Assembly (NCBI RefSeq): GCF_018350175.1
Contig: NC_058373.1
Coordinates: forward strand, 115,260,001 to 115,324,000
Source of the DNA: Felis catus
Lineage: Eukaryota
DNA: 64,000 nt
Direction: 5' to 3'
Positions within the stretch are counted from its first letter, which is position 1. Each line of letters opens with the position of its first letter. The notes below the pieces were generated by a model. The model ran no database searches, was not told the DNA's origin, and saw only the letters and a program-made list of their open reading frames with translations. Below, in pieces: positions 10,963 through 22,560 of the stretch. The translations under genes and the position numbers were made by a program.

Positions 10963-12800
10963 TGGATCCTGCAGTTGGAAAAGGTTGAGGGCTGAAGATG
11001 GTATTCTGGAAGTCATCAGCTTGTAGATGGTCATTGAGAAGGACCAGATCTGTGGTGGAGAGACCCTGGGCTTTGGGAAATTTGGCAAGAAAAGAAAGCT
11101 TGGGCGAAGGCAGAGAAGTAACTTTTACCAGAGGAACTCATCAGGGAGTACAAAGAGACGTGCCAGAAAGATACAGGAAAAGCAGGAGCGCCCAGCTGAG
11201 GGAGGAGGCTTCTGAGAGGGAAGCGGTGGTCAACCATGCCAAAAGTTGCTAAATCGTTAAGGATGGATGAGAAATGTCTGTTGGATTTGGTGAAGAAAGA
11301 ACAGGTGGTCATCGAGACGCTGAATGGATGGGAGACCAAGGAGGAGAGAAGAGGGATTCAAGTAGCTGAGACTAACTTGAGAGCCTGCTACCTGTGAGAG
11401 CAGCCCTGGCGGGAGTGGTGGGGGAAAGGTGTGTGCTGGAGGGATGTTTCCTGAAGTGTAGGTAGGGAAGGAAAGGGAAGTGTTGGAGCCCTGTAGGGAT
11501 TGTTTTGTTTTTTTAAGATTGGAGAGCAGTGAACCTGTGTCAACACCAATTGTGAAAAAACATGCGGAGACTTAAGAGATGAGAATGAAGTTGGGGGAGG
11601 CTTTGGAGGTTGGGGGCCATAATCGATGAAAGGACATCTCTGAGAAGCGAGAGTAGGGGGATGGATGGTGCCATCCAGAGCTGAGGTGGGGTGTTCGAAC
11701 TCGGAAAGGAGGAATGACCTTTCCGGGTCTTCCAACAGGGTGGGAAGGGGCGCTGTGGCCACTGTATGGGGACCGTGCCAGGACAAGGGCGGAACTACCC
11801 TGGACGGTGGTGGTGTGAAAACCGAAAAGTCCTGAGAACCTGACTTGCAGCTTCTTTGTTCCAAGCCCCAAACTGCCGCCAAGCCTTGGGCTTCCAGGCA
11901 GCATGCCCTGTAGGTTGGCCCAAGGCATCGACCCAGGGCAGAGACAAAAGCAGGCTCTCGGAGTGTCAGGAGTACCAGGATGAGCTGGGGCTCTGAGGGG
12001 TGAGCAGTGAGCTGGAGGGGAGACTGACTGGGACTGAGCTCCAGGGTCACAAAGTTGGTAGAGGGACCAAGGCGACGCTCCAAGAGTCTGTAATTCTTCC
12101 GAGGGCAAGGCAGTGGCATGATGTCCTGAGTGTGACCACAGTGCCCCTCCACCCCCAGCCCTCTGGGGCCCTACCCCTCTCCCTCCCACCCCACACCTGA
12201 AATGCTAGGAGCACATACACCACCTGTTGCCCTGGGCTCTTCTGTGGCTTCTCGTAAAGTCAGCCAAGTTTGCCCTCGTTCCCCCCGAGTGTCCTCTATC
12301 CAGACTTCTCCCCAGGCTGACCCACATCCTACCCTTTCCAAGCCTGTCCTCTCCAGGAAGCCTTTCTAGACTCCCTGCTCCTCACCCCACCTTCTTACAT
12401 CCAACCACACCCACCTGCCCGTGTGCTGTATGTGATCTTTCTCGTGTGTTCCTCCACTTTCTGCTAGCACCCGACTCCTTGATGGCAATGAAGCTTCAGA
12501 GTGTGTAGCATAAAACTTAGCATCTGGGCAGTGCATCACACAAGCCTTTGGGTTATTAAAATAATGATGGCTGATAATTGTGTTATGAAATGTGTTACAA
12601 AGACAATTTTCCTCCTAACTTTTCCAAAGGATTCTCATGTACATTACCAGCCCACGAGGTAAGTGTACCAATACTAGACCCTTTGCATTCTCCAACGAGG
12701 AAGGAAACGGACACGGAAAAAGCCCAAATGACTCTGTTCAAGCCATACATTGAGATGATGGTGGTGCTCTTGTTCCCTGCACAGGGCCCCGGGTTCTTAC

Positions 12801-13011
12801 CTTCTTGACATAGGGTACATATTGTGGCCGTTTGGCATTGAGGAAGATCCCAGTGGCACAGGGAATGAGAACCAGGATTAGTGATATCACAATGCCTCCA
12901 TAAGGTACCTTGTCCTTCAGATCCCCGGAATAGATCCCCCTGGAGTAGACATACAGGAGGAGGGGCATCATGCCCAGGGCACAGAAGGTGGAGCAGGTGG
13001 TCATCACGATA
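12801..13011 (-). CDS. SLC10A1: SLC10A1 coding exon 2, aa 119-189
   Basis: Acceptor CCCACCCAG|T, donor AAG|GTAAGA; 211 nt; [71 protein letters not shown]; phase matches exon 1. Confidence 0.98.
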
Positions 13012-13665
13012 CTGGGTGGGAGAAGCAGGGGAGAGTACAGAGACAGCACCCGTTAATATAGACTATTTGTTGAGTGCCTGCTACGTGCCAGGCACCGTGC
13101 TAAGCACTTTACATACATTAATTCCTTTCCTTTTCCCAGTAGGCTTAAGAGATACAGGCTACAGGTTGATAGTCTCATGTTTTTTACTTTCTGCTTTATC
13201 TTTATTTATGATAGAGTGTGAGTTCCAAAGCCTGAGTCATAATATATCTTCTCAGCTCTAATTTGTATCCTAATTGTACTATTACCATTTCTATTTGGAA
13301 TCCAGTACATGTTGGTCACAGGACCCTGTACAGGGAGAGGCCTTCCAGAAAGGCCACCCAAAAGAATGAAGCTGCTAGGGAACATTGTTGGATTTGCGGA
13401 TATTCGTGTGACAATATACGACTCTGCTTTCCATTCTTGTGGGCATGTTAGTCATGAGGGCTTGGCAAGAGCCCAGGAAATCCCCACTAAGTGTGTGTTT
13501 CTCCTCCCACAGCCCTAACTATCTGCACTAATTTGTTGTTTCCACAGAGGTGAACTATAGCTTAACTGAACATCAAGCATGGCCTAGGTCAACAGGGCCA
13601 GAATGTAGCCATCAAGAACAGCAACAGGTAGAGGTATCATCATTAGGAATAAGATGTCAGAGCAA

Positions 13666-13777
13666 GGCACGTGGCTGGCTCGGTCAGAAAAGCATATGAC
13701 TGTAGATCTTGGGGTCATGAATTGGAGCCCCATGGGGGGTGTAGAGATTACTTAAATAAAACTTTTAAAAAAAAAGA
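13666..13777 (+). mobile_element. Short CanSINE (intron 1)
   Basis: GGCACGTGGCTGGCTCGGTC head; TSD-like aagatgtcagag / aagacatcagag. Confidence 0.8.
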
Positions 13778-14242
13778 CATCAGAGGTGAGGAGAGACCCT
13801 CAAAAAATGCTGAGAACTTAATAATGGGAAAATCCTTCCTCTGTGAACATCTAAAACACCTATGAACACATATTTGAGCTTGTAGGAAAGTTAGGGAAGT
13901 TTCCAGGTACCAGAGACAGAATGCAAAGGAGTTGGTGGGTGAAGTCAGGCTGGAGCTAAACCGCATGGAGTGGGGAGGGGGGGGGGTGTTTGTCTGGGAA
14001 TCTGGAGGCTTAGGTTTTATTGCCCAAGGGAGGGACCAGAACTGAGGTCTTATGCTTATAAAGGAGAGTTGAAACCGAGATATCCATAATAAAAGAACTG
14101 TTGGAAAAGAAAAGATCTAATTATCTCACAGTCAAATATAAAATCATAACGGAAAAAATATTTGGAAAAGCATAATGATGCCACACATGTTTTAAAACAC
14201 ATGGGAGCTGACCTTGGATTACACAATAATTCGTAGAAATGA

Positions 14243-14448
14243 GGGGTACATGGCTGGCTGAGTCGTAAGTGTCCGACTCTTGATTTTGGCTCGGGTCATG
14301 ATCTCACGGTTTCATGAATTCGATCACATCAGACTCTGTGCTGACAGTGCGGAGCCTGCTTGGGATTCTCGGTCTCCCTCTCTCTCTGCCCCTATCACAC
14401 TCGCGCTGTCCCTGTCCCTTTCAATAAACTTAAAAAAATTTTTTTTAA
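14243..14448 (+). mobile_element. CanSINE (intron 1)
   Basis: Head, GGGATTCTC, (CT)n, A tail. Confidence 0.88.
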
Positions 14449-14449
14449 A

Positions 14450-15280
14450 TGACACCTAAAGCACAAACAACCACATAAAAAAATAGATATATTTAACTTC
14501 TTCAGAATTAAAAATGTTTGTGTTTCAAAGGACACTATCCAGGAAGATATACCAATGGCAAATAAGCACATGAAAAGATGCTCCACATCATTAGTCATTA
14601 GAGAAATATAAATCAAAACATGAGGAGATCACCACACCCAATAGTATGGCTACAATAAAAATGATGGATAATAAGTTTGGTGAGGATGTGAAGAAGCAGG
14701 AATCTTCCTGTGTTGTTGATGGGACAGTTACAGAACGACCCAGCAATTCTACTAGATACATACTCAAGAGAATCAAAACATACGTTGTTACATATGTTGA
14801 CACAAAGACTTGTATACTAATGTTCATAGAAGCATTATTCATAATAGCCAAGAAGTGGAAAACAGTAAAAATGTCAACTGAAGAACGGATAAGCAAAACA
14901 TGGTGTATCCATACAACTGAATATTATTCAGCCACAAAAAGCAATGTGTTAAGTACCTGCTACGTGTTACCACATGGGTGAACCTTGACAACAGTGTGCT
15001 ACGTGGAAGAAGGAGAAACATAAAAGACCACATAGTGTGTGATTCCACTTATATAAAATTGATAGACATGAAATAGATTAGTGGTTGCCAGGGGCTCAGG
15101 TGAGAGAGGAATGTGTAGTGACTGCTAACTGGTTTCTTTTGGGGATGATTAAATGTTCTGGAAGTAGATAGTGGTGACAGTCATACAACCTTGCGAGCAT
15201 ACGGAAAACTATTGGATGATACACTCTAAGAGAGTGAACTTTGCAGTATATGAATTATAGCTCAATAAAAAATAATTAAA
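14450..15280 (+). mobile_element. Old L1 (L1MB-like) ORF2 end and 3' UTR
   Basis: Degenerate ORF2 motifs (KHMKRCSTSLVIRE, MFIEALFIIAKKWK); 3' UTR ending CTCAATAAAAAATAA. Confidence 0.75.
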
Positions 15281-16310
15281 TCTGGGGAGCAGCTAAAATA
15301 ATTCTTAGAGGAAAATGTTTAGAGCCTTAAGTGTTTATATAGGGAAAGCAGAAGAGTAAAAACGAGCTAAATATCTTACCCAGAAACTTAGAAAAAAACA
15401 AAGGAAACTCATGAAAATAGAGGAAAGAAATGATGTACAAAAATTACATACAATGAGAGGGTCAATTAAACCAAGAGTAGTTTCTCTGCCAAGTCCAAGA
15501 AAAGACTCCTCTGGCATGCTAACCCAGGAAAAAGGGAGAAGTCACCATTGATTGTATTAGGAATGAAAAAGGGAACATAACTGCAGACACATTAAAGGTT
15601 TTAGAGAGTTCTAGAAGAAACCGAGGCCAGTTTTGTACTTTCATTTTTCAGTTTAGATTGAATGGACAATTTCCTGGGAAATAAAAACTACAAAAACCAA
15701 TTCAAAATGAAGCTGAAACCTTAGTATTGCTGAAGGATATGAAGGAAGTGAAAACCTACCCTCCAAACCCCACATGATGTATATGGTTTTATAGCAGAGC
15801 TCGGCCAGACGTTCAAAGTACAGATGGTCTCACTATTATACAGACAATACAAAAGGGGGAAACCTTTTGTATTGTAAATTGTATGCCCCAATTTATTGTA
15901 TATGGGTAGTGTCATTTTAGAACCAAAGCTGCAAAAGGATATCATGAGGAAGGAAAGTTAGGGGCCGTTCTCGTGAACAAAGAAGGAGAAGTCATAAATA
16001 CATTATTAGCAGATTAGCAATGCTTTTATAAAATAATACAAAAAATAAGATGGGTTTGTCCCAGCAATGTAAGAGTGGGTTAACATTAGACTAAATCCAC
16101 TGACCTATATCACTGTATTATCACATTAAAGTAAAAATGGTATCATTTGATAGATACAGAAAATTGTCATTCAACAAAATTCAATGCTCATGCATTACAA
16201 AAATTAGCACACTAGCAACAGAATAGAATTCCTTAACCTGAAAAGGGTATCTATCAAAAAGTACAGCAAACAGTAAACTTCATGGTGAAAAATTAGAAAG
16301 TTTCCTCTTA

Positions 16311-16508
16311 GGGCGCGCCTGGGTGACTCGGTTGGTTAAGCATCTGACCTTGGCTCAAGTCATGGTCTCCTGATTCATGGGTTCCAGCCCCACATAGGGC
16401 TCTTTGCTGTCAGGGTGGAACCAACCTGGGATTCTCTGTCCCCCTCTCCTCGCTGCACTTGCCCTGCTCACACTCTCTTGGTCTCTCAAAACTAAGCATT
16501 AAAAAAAA
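16311..16508 (+). mobile_element. CanSINE
   Basis: TSD AAAGTTTCCTCT on both flanks. Confidence 0.92.
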
Positions 16509-16753
16509 GTTTCCTCTAAGAAGAAAGATAAAGCAAATGATATCTATTACTATCACAGTTATTGTAAATCATCCTATATATGTCTTTGCTAGCACAGCAA
16601 AACAAGAAATAGAAACTGTATGGGATGGGGAAAAAAGAAACCAGACTTTCATTACATGCCAATGATTGGACTGTCAACAGAGGAAATCCAAGTGAATTCA
16701 TAACTAGTAAGGAAGAGAATCCATGAGTTTCTAAAAACATTAACAATATGAAG

Positions 16754-16950
16754 GAGGCGCCTGGGTGGCTCAGTCAGTTAGGCATCCGACTCTTGGGCTT
16801 CAGCTCAGGTCACGATCTCACTGTTGGTGAGTTCAAGCCCCACGTCGGGATCTGCAGAGAGTGCTTAGGATTCTCTCTCTCTCTTTCTCTGCCCCTCCCC
16901 TGCTCATTCTCTGTCTCTTTCTCAAAATAAATAAATTAAGAAAAAGAAAC
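16754..16950 (+). mobile_element. CanSINE
   Basis: GGCGCCTGGGTGGCTCAG head, (CT)n, A tail. Confidence 0.92.
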
Positions 16951-19103
16951 AAATATAAAATATTTAGAAATAAATCTAAAAGAGATATGCAAGATCTTTA
17001 TAGAAGAAATTATAAAACTCCATAGAAAGGTATAAAGTCCAAATAAAAAGAAAAGCTCTATCATTTTCATGGATGGGAAGACCCAATATTATAAAGATGG
17101 CCTCTAAATTTATCTATGAATTTAATCAACAGTCCAGAAATATTTTTGTAGACTTGAGAGCTAATCCCCAAATTCAAGTGAAGAGTTAAGGGCCAACAAT
17201 AGCTAACATAATTTTCAGGAAGAACATGGTGTGGGGATTTGCCTTTCAAATATTGAGACTTATAAAGTCATTGTAATTAAGAAAATTTGGTGCTCGTGCA
17301 AAGAGCCACATAGACCAATAGAGGAGACATCCCAGACACAAACCCATGCACATTTGTGAATGTTATCTATGTGAGAGATGGCAGTACAACTTACTGGAGA
17401 AAAATTCACTCAGTGGTACTGGGAATTTTCTCTATTCATATGGAAAAGATAAAATTAGATCACACCATACGTAAAAATAAGCGCTAGGTTGATTGCAAAT
17501 CTCCATGTGAAAAGCATAACTTTGAAACTTGTCAAAGAAAATATAGGGGAATATCTTCATGACCTTGAGTGTAGTAAATGATTTCCTAAAGGACCCCCCA
17601 CCAAACACAAACTAAGAAAAAATATTGGTAAATTCAACTAAATTAAAATAAGCACTCTGTGTTACGAGACATCATTATCAAAATATAAAGGCCAGCCCCA
17701 AACTGAGTAGACCACTGCAACGCGTAAAAACAACAAATAACTACAAATCAAAGAGAAAAAAACACAACAGTTCATTAGAGAAACAGGCAAAGACTTATTT
17801 CTGGAAGACGAATGGTGAACCAGTCTTCCGCCAAACGGTCAATAAACCTATGACAATGTGCTAAGCCTCTCTTGAGATCACATTTAACACTGCTGTGACC
17901 CATTTCACTCTTACCAGGTGGCGAAAACTATCAGTCTGACAACTCCCGAGTACAGCGAAGACAAGGAGGAAGAAGGATCTATCTACACTGCTCGGGAAAG
18001 TGTGACCTGGAATGACTACTCTGGAGACTCATTTGTGGATGTGTGAACCCTACGACCTAGAAGTGCTGTTTTTATTATATACACTCTCACGTGGCAGCGC
18101 AGGGGCATAGGGTACAAGACTGTTCACAGCAGCAGAACGAGAAATCCCCCGAAACGTCTGCCACTAGAACAGATACATTCAAGCAAAGGACACTGCAGTC
18201 CAGAGGCACAAAGTAGCTATTTTATTCATATGCCTACATCTCAAAAAAGCAAGCTGGCAAATGATAAGGGCAGTATGGTACTGTTTATACAAATTTTAAG
18301 AACGTACAAGGACAACAATGTATCTTGCCTATGGATATATACAAGTACTGCCTGTAGCAATAGTATAAAAGGGTCTGTGCTCCCTCTGGGTGGGTAGGGG
18401 GCACGGGATTGGGGAGGGGCGCACAGGGGCTACAGGGCTACTATTGATCTCTTCTGAGGAGAAGAGCCACACACAACTAGTGTGCTTGTTTTGATGTCCT
18501 TGAGCAGAGGAGTCATGCTTACTTTGGCTTGGTGTGTCAGGAGTTCTGGAATTTGCTCTGGGACGCGGTGTGCCTCGGGGTGTGCCTTGGAAACCATGCC
18601 CCAAGACCTCTGGTGGACTGCTGTGCAGGTGCCGGGTGCACCTCCTACCTTGCTGGTGTCTATGACTGTCGCGATCCTCAGTTTGCCCTGAGAGACAGGG
18701 AGGGGAGGTGACTTGACCAGGCTCCATTTCGGAGACTGGAGCCTGTTCCGTAGGAACATCATGGACCTGGTTGTCCCCCGGGGGACAGAGGGCCAGAGGG
18801 AAAGGGGCACGTGGAGTTCCTTACTCCTCCTTCCTGCTTAAGTTCTCAGAGCACTGCACATGCCCTGCTTTTGGACATCTGTACACTTTCCCCCCAAATT
18901 CTGGGAAACCTCTGGTAGGTCTCTGGACTTCGGCTCCTCGTCTATAAAATGCAATGGGAGTCTTAACCGCCCCCACCCCAACTCTCAGTGGCAAATCATA
19001 TCGTTTTGTACTTAAAGAGAGGTCTCGTACTGGCAGACTTTGAGCTACAGCTGGCTCCTGAACACACGTTTGTTTTTTTTTTTGGCTTGCACCGTGTTTT
19101 AAA

Positions 19104-19328
19104 ATTTTTTTTTTAATTTTTTTTTCAACGTTTATTTATTTTTGGGACAGAGAGAGACAGAGCATGAAGGGGGGAGGGGCAGAGAGAGAGGGAGACACAG
19201 AATTGGAAACAGGCTCCAGGCTCCGAGCCATCAGCCCAGAGCCCGACGCGGGGCTCGAACTCACGGACTGCGAGATCGTGACCTGGCTGAAGTCGGACGC
19301 TTAACCGACTGCGCCACCCAGGCGCCCC
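19104..19328 (-). mobile_element. Young feline SINEC_Fc-type element (intron 1)
   Basis: CpG-intact, with the motif CCTGGCTGAAGTCGGACGCTTAACCGACTGCGCCACCCAGGCGCCCC; TSD TTAAAATTTTT. Confidence 0.95.
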
Positions 19329-19540
19329 TTAAAATTTTTTAATGAGTTGCCAATATTGAAAAATTTGGAGATTTCACTTAAAAATGGAGATTCACTTAAA
19401 AATGCCTTCTCTTGAATCGGCCACAGTGGCTCCCATAGAACACCCACGGCAGACATGCGGCATCTGCCCTGCTTAGGGGGCTCATCAGCCACTTGGCTCA
19501 TCTATACACATGCCGGGCCCTGAAAGGATTTTAAAAAAAT

Positions 19541-19766
19541 TCTTTTTTTATAAAAAAAATTTTTATTTTAGAGAGAGTGCCTGAGCAGGGGGAGGGACAG
19601 AGGGAGAGAGATGAGAGAGAGAGAGAGAATCAGAGAGAGAGAGAATCCCAAGTAGGCTTCATGCTCAACACGGAGCCCCACACAGGGCTCGATCCCACCA
19701 CCTGATCATGACCTGAGTGGAAATCAAGAGTTGGACACTCAACTGGCTGAGCCACCCAGGCACCCC
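19541..19766 (-). mobile_element. CanSINE
   Basis: Head, (GA)n and T-rich tail on plus strand. Confidence 0.9.
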
Positions 19767-19857
19767 ATGAAGGTATTTGAGTAAAGGTGCAGGATCTGGA
19801 GTCTCCCAGACCTTGGACAAATGTATTAACCTTTCTTAGACTCAGTTTCCTCATCTT

Positions 19858-20083
19858 TATTATTATTATTATTTAATGTTTATTCATTTTTGAGAAAGAG
19901 AGAGAGAGAGACAGAGCATGAGCGGGGGAGAGGCAGAAAGAGAGGGAGACACAGAATCCGAAGCAGGCTCCAGGCTCCAAGCTGTCAGCACAGAGCCCGA
20001 CGTGGGGCTTGAACCTGTGAACCGTGAGATCACGACCCGAGCCAAAGTCAGATGCTCAACTGACTGAGCCACCCAGGCAACCC
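19858..20083 (-). mobile_element. CanSINE nested in a MIR (MIR ~19770-20180)
   Basis: TSD tcagtttcctcatcttta / tcaatttcctcatcttta duplicates the MIR core motif. Confidence 0.9.
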
Positions 20084-21978
20084 TCAATTTCCTCATCTTT
20101 AAAATGGGACTATTTACAGCACCTCCTCACGGGATGCTGTATGAGGATTTCACGGAAAGTGCTTGGAGCAGTGCCTGGCTGTTTTTTATTATCAGTATCC
20201 TTTCAGTATAATACATGTAACATGTTGTCCCAGATGAACTCCAATTGGAATTTAAAGTCTGGCAGCGCGTGAAGGTAGATGATGAGATACATATTGCACC
20301 ATTGGGCTCTAAGGCATGGTTTAATGTGCGCGGGAGGTTTGTCTGTTTGCAGGGACGATATGGCAGGAGGTGGCCATCCCAACATTGTCTTTGTGGAGTC
20401 TTGGTAGAAGTGAGAGTCCCCACGGGCCCAGACAGGGAGGCTGGGCAGGCGAGCATGAAGGCTCACGTTCCTGAGTCACTGAGGCTGGGCCGGGGGGGGT
20501 CTCGAACCTCAGAAATGCAGGCCTAACTGGAGAGACCTCACTGGCACCCATTGGCTGATGAGGCTGGGACATCTGGTCACTTACACTGAAAAATGTCTCC
20601 TTGTTCTTTACATGGTCCTTCCTTGCTCTGCCGTTTCTGCAGGTTCACAGAGCCCTTCCCTGACCCCCGACTTCCTGCACCCCTTCTGCACTGGAATTAA
20701 GATACAGTCTGGATTTCTCAGGACACAGAGGCTGCAATGAGCCGCGTCCACAGGGCAGACCAAAGACTGACGGTTTGCTGTGCGGCAGGAAGGACTCGGA
20801 TCAGACGGAGGGAAGAATTTCCTCACAGGTAGTTGAACGTGTTCCCAGGGAAGACTGTACGAGCCAAGTCCCCTCTTTGTGCCTCTCTTCCCATCAGCTA
20901 CCTCCGTGAGGGCTGAGTCTCGTGGGTGGAGAGGCCAGAGCTCGGGTGGTGGGTCCCAGGAAGGACCAGCTCACTCTTGTTTTTTTTTCATTTAAAGAGC
21001 GGTGGTCTCGCTCTACATCACAGGCGGGGTTTCCTTAGTTGTCTGGTTTGCTTACTGGAGTTGGTAGGGTGCTGGCCAACACAGGCATGGATGGAAGAAG
21101 GTCTCCACTGAGGACTGAACGTCAGAGGAGGCAGGCTGGGGACTGAGCCTCACAGAAAGGCAAGAGCTTTCGCTGATGAGTTTCCCTCAGCCAGCGTGGG
21201 CTGCTGCTGGGGCTGGAGCCCCGGACTGAAATGGCCTCATTCTGGCAAGTGTTCTAGATCAGAGTCCCACCTGTTTGGAAGGACAGGTGTTCAGCCGGCG
21301 CCTGCGGAAATGAGCCTTTGCCGACTTCTGCTCGGAGGCTTTGGGTGAGAGGACACTGCTGGTGTTTTCCCTCCCAGTTGGGCTGAGATGTGGCCAAGCA
21401 TGGCCTGTGCCGGTGTTAGGAAACTCGAGGATCTGCCTGGTTGTGTGTTTGCACAGATGCGTTCCTGTGCCCGATGGGCCCACAGGGAAAGTTAAAAGAA
21501 CCCCTCACTGCCTGGATAGTTGGAAGGATCTTTGGAACGTCTTGCCTATTCTGCAGGGATTGGAAGTGCTCTGTGGTTCCAGGGTGGCTTGGACCATCTG
21601 CACTCCCTTTCGGACCTCTGGTCTCAAGGCAGACCACTTGCCCACCATGGTAAGTGGGCAGAGTTTCCCAGAGGCCCCTCGGGTTTAAATCACTACTCCT
21701 TCAAGACAGTCCTTGTGGCCCACTTGTGAGGGAGTCTTCAGGAGGCCCCTGGACCAGGTGGGCCCCTTTGACTTGGTGTTTAAACCAAGGTCTACCCCAG
21801 ATCCTACCTCCAGCCCTGCATAGACTCTGGACGACAATGCCCACCACCCCCTGCCCCAGCATCCACCTGGCCCCCGCTCACGCCCCATCCTGGCTTTAGC
21901 CCAGCTTTCCCCCTAGACTCTGACATCTCCAATGCAGCTCCCATGCCCAGCCTGCTCCCTCCTCACCTCCAGTCCTAC

Positions 21979-22334
21979 CTGAGGTTCATGTCCCCCTTCA
22001 TGGCCAGACTGAAGATGTTGGACAGGGTCCCCCCGGGTGAGCAGCCGCAGACAAGGATGGCCAGCGCCTCAATGTTGTTGAGCTGGAAGACCTTGCCCAG
22101 TGCAAAGGCGGTGAGGGGCATGATGCCGTACTGTGCTATCAGGGCGATGGCCAGCCCCTTAGGCTTCCAGAAGTGAGCCCTGATCTTGCTGAACTCCATG
22201 GTGCAGCCCAGCGAGAGCATGATGATAAGGAGCAGGAACACCAGGATGACGCTCAGTGCCTTGTCGGTGGGGCGCTTGCCGAAGTTGGGTGGAAGGGTGA
22301 AGTTGAGCGTGGCAGTCACATTGTGGGGCTCCAT
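21979..22334 (-). CDS. SLC10A1: SLC10A1 (NTCP) coding exon 1, aa 1-119
   Basis: ATG at 22334 in strong Kozak context (AGAATGG). Translates [50 protein letters not shown]...[22 protein letters not shown], a recognisable NTCP N-terminus with N5/N11 sequons. 356 nt; donor AG|GTAGG at 21979/21978. Confidence 0.98.
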
Positions 22335-22560
22335 TCTCCTGTGTGGCGGCGGAAGGCCAGGGGCACCCGGCACACCCCTCGTTCGCTGCCGACTCCCTTC
22401 CCTGCCCGGTCTTTGCTGGGTGCCTTCTTCCGTCACCTCCCAGGGCAGCAAGCTTCAGGACAAAATGTGGCTCTGGGCAAATAGAAGGATTATGCAACTG
22501 GGTGTTCTGTCCTCTGGCTGTGGCCCCAAAGGGGAGAGAACCCAGAGCCTTATCTGCCTG
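22335..22560 (-). promoter_or_regulatory. SLC10A1: SLC10A1 5' UTR / proximal promoter with candidate hepatic TF sites
   Basis: No upstream ATG within ~165 nt. Minus-strand TATTTGC (FOXA-like, 22477-22483), TTGCATAA (C/EBP-like, 22490-22497), AGAACA (steroid-receptor half site, ~22503-22508), AGATAA (GATA, ~22549-22554). Motif matches only; TSS not determinable. Confidence 0.55.

Larger units (their letters stand above)
15280..18430 (+). mobile_element. Older L1 (L1M/L1ME-like) ORF2-3' UTR remnants, interrupted by two SINEs
   Basis: A-rich plus strand with L1 ORF2-like motifs (TCATGGATGGGAAGACCCAATATT, GACTTATAAAG, ATAGACCAATAG); no intact frame. Confidence 0.65.

Noticed and set aside
11388..12189. 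254-aa and 205-aa minus-strand ORFs in intron 2
   Set aside because: Non-ATG starts, Pro/Ser/Leu-rich low-information translations, partly over L2 remnant; no family similarity.
19142..19342. Recurrent short ORFs such as GQRETEHERGRGRERGRHRIGNRLQ and MAQSVKRPTSAQVM
   Set aside because: Translations of CanSINE copies, not a gene family.
19360..19403. Tandem duplication GGAGATT(T)CACTTAAAAAT x2
   Set aside because: Ordinary slippage duplication with no further signal.
22335..22451. 39-aa N-terminal extension of NTCP shown in the ORF track
   Set aside because: Starts at a TTG; the ATG at 22334 has strong Kozak context and yields the canonical 349-aa protein.
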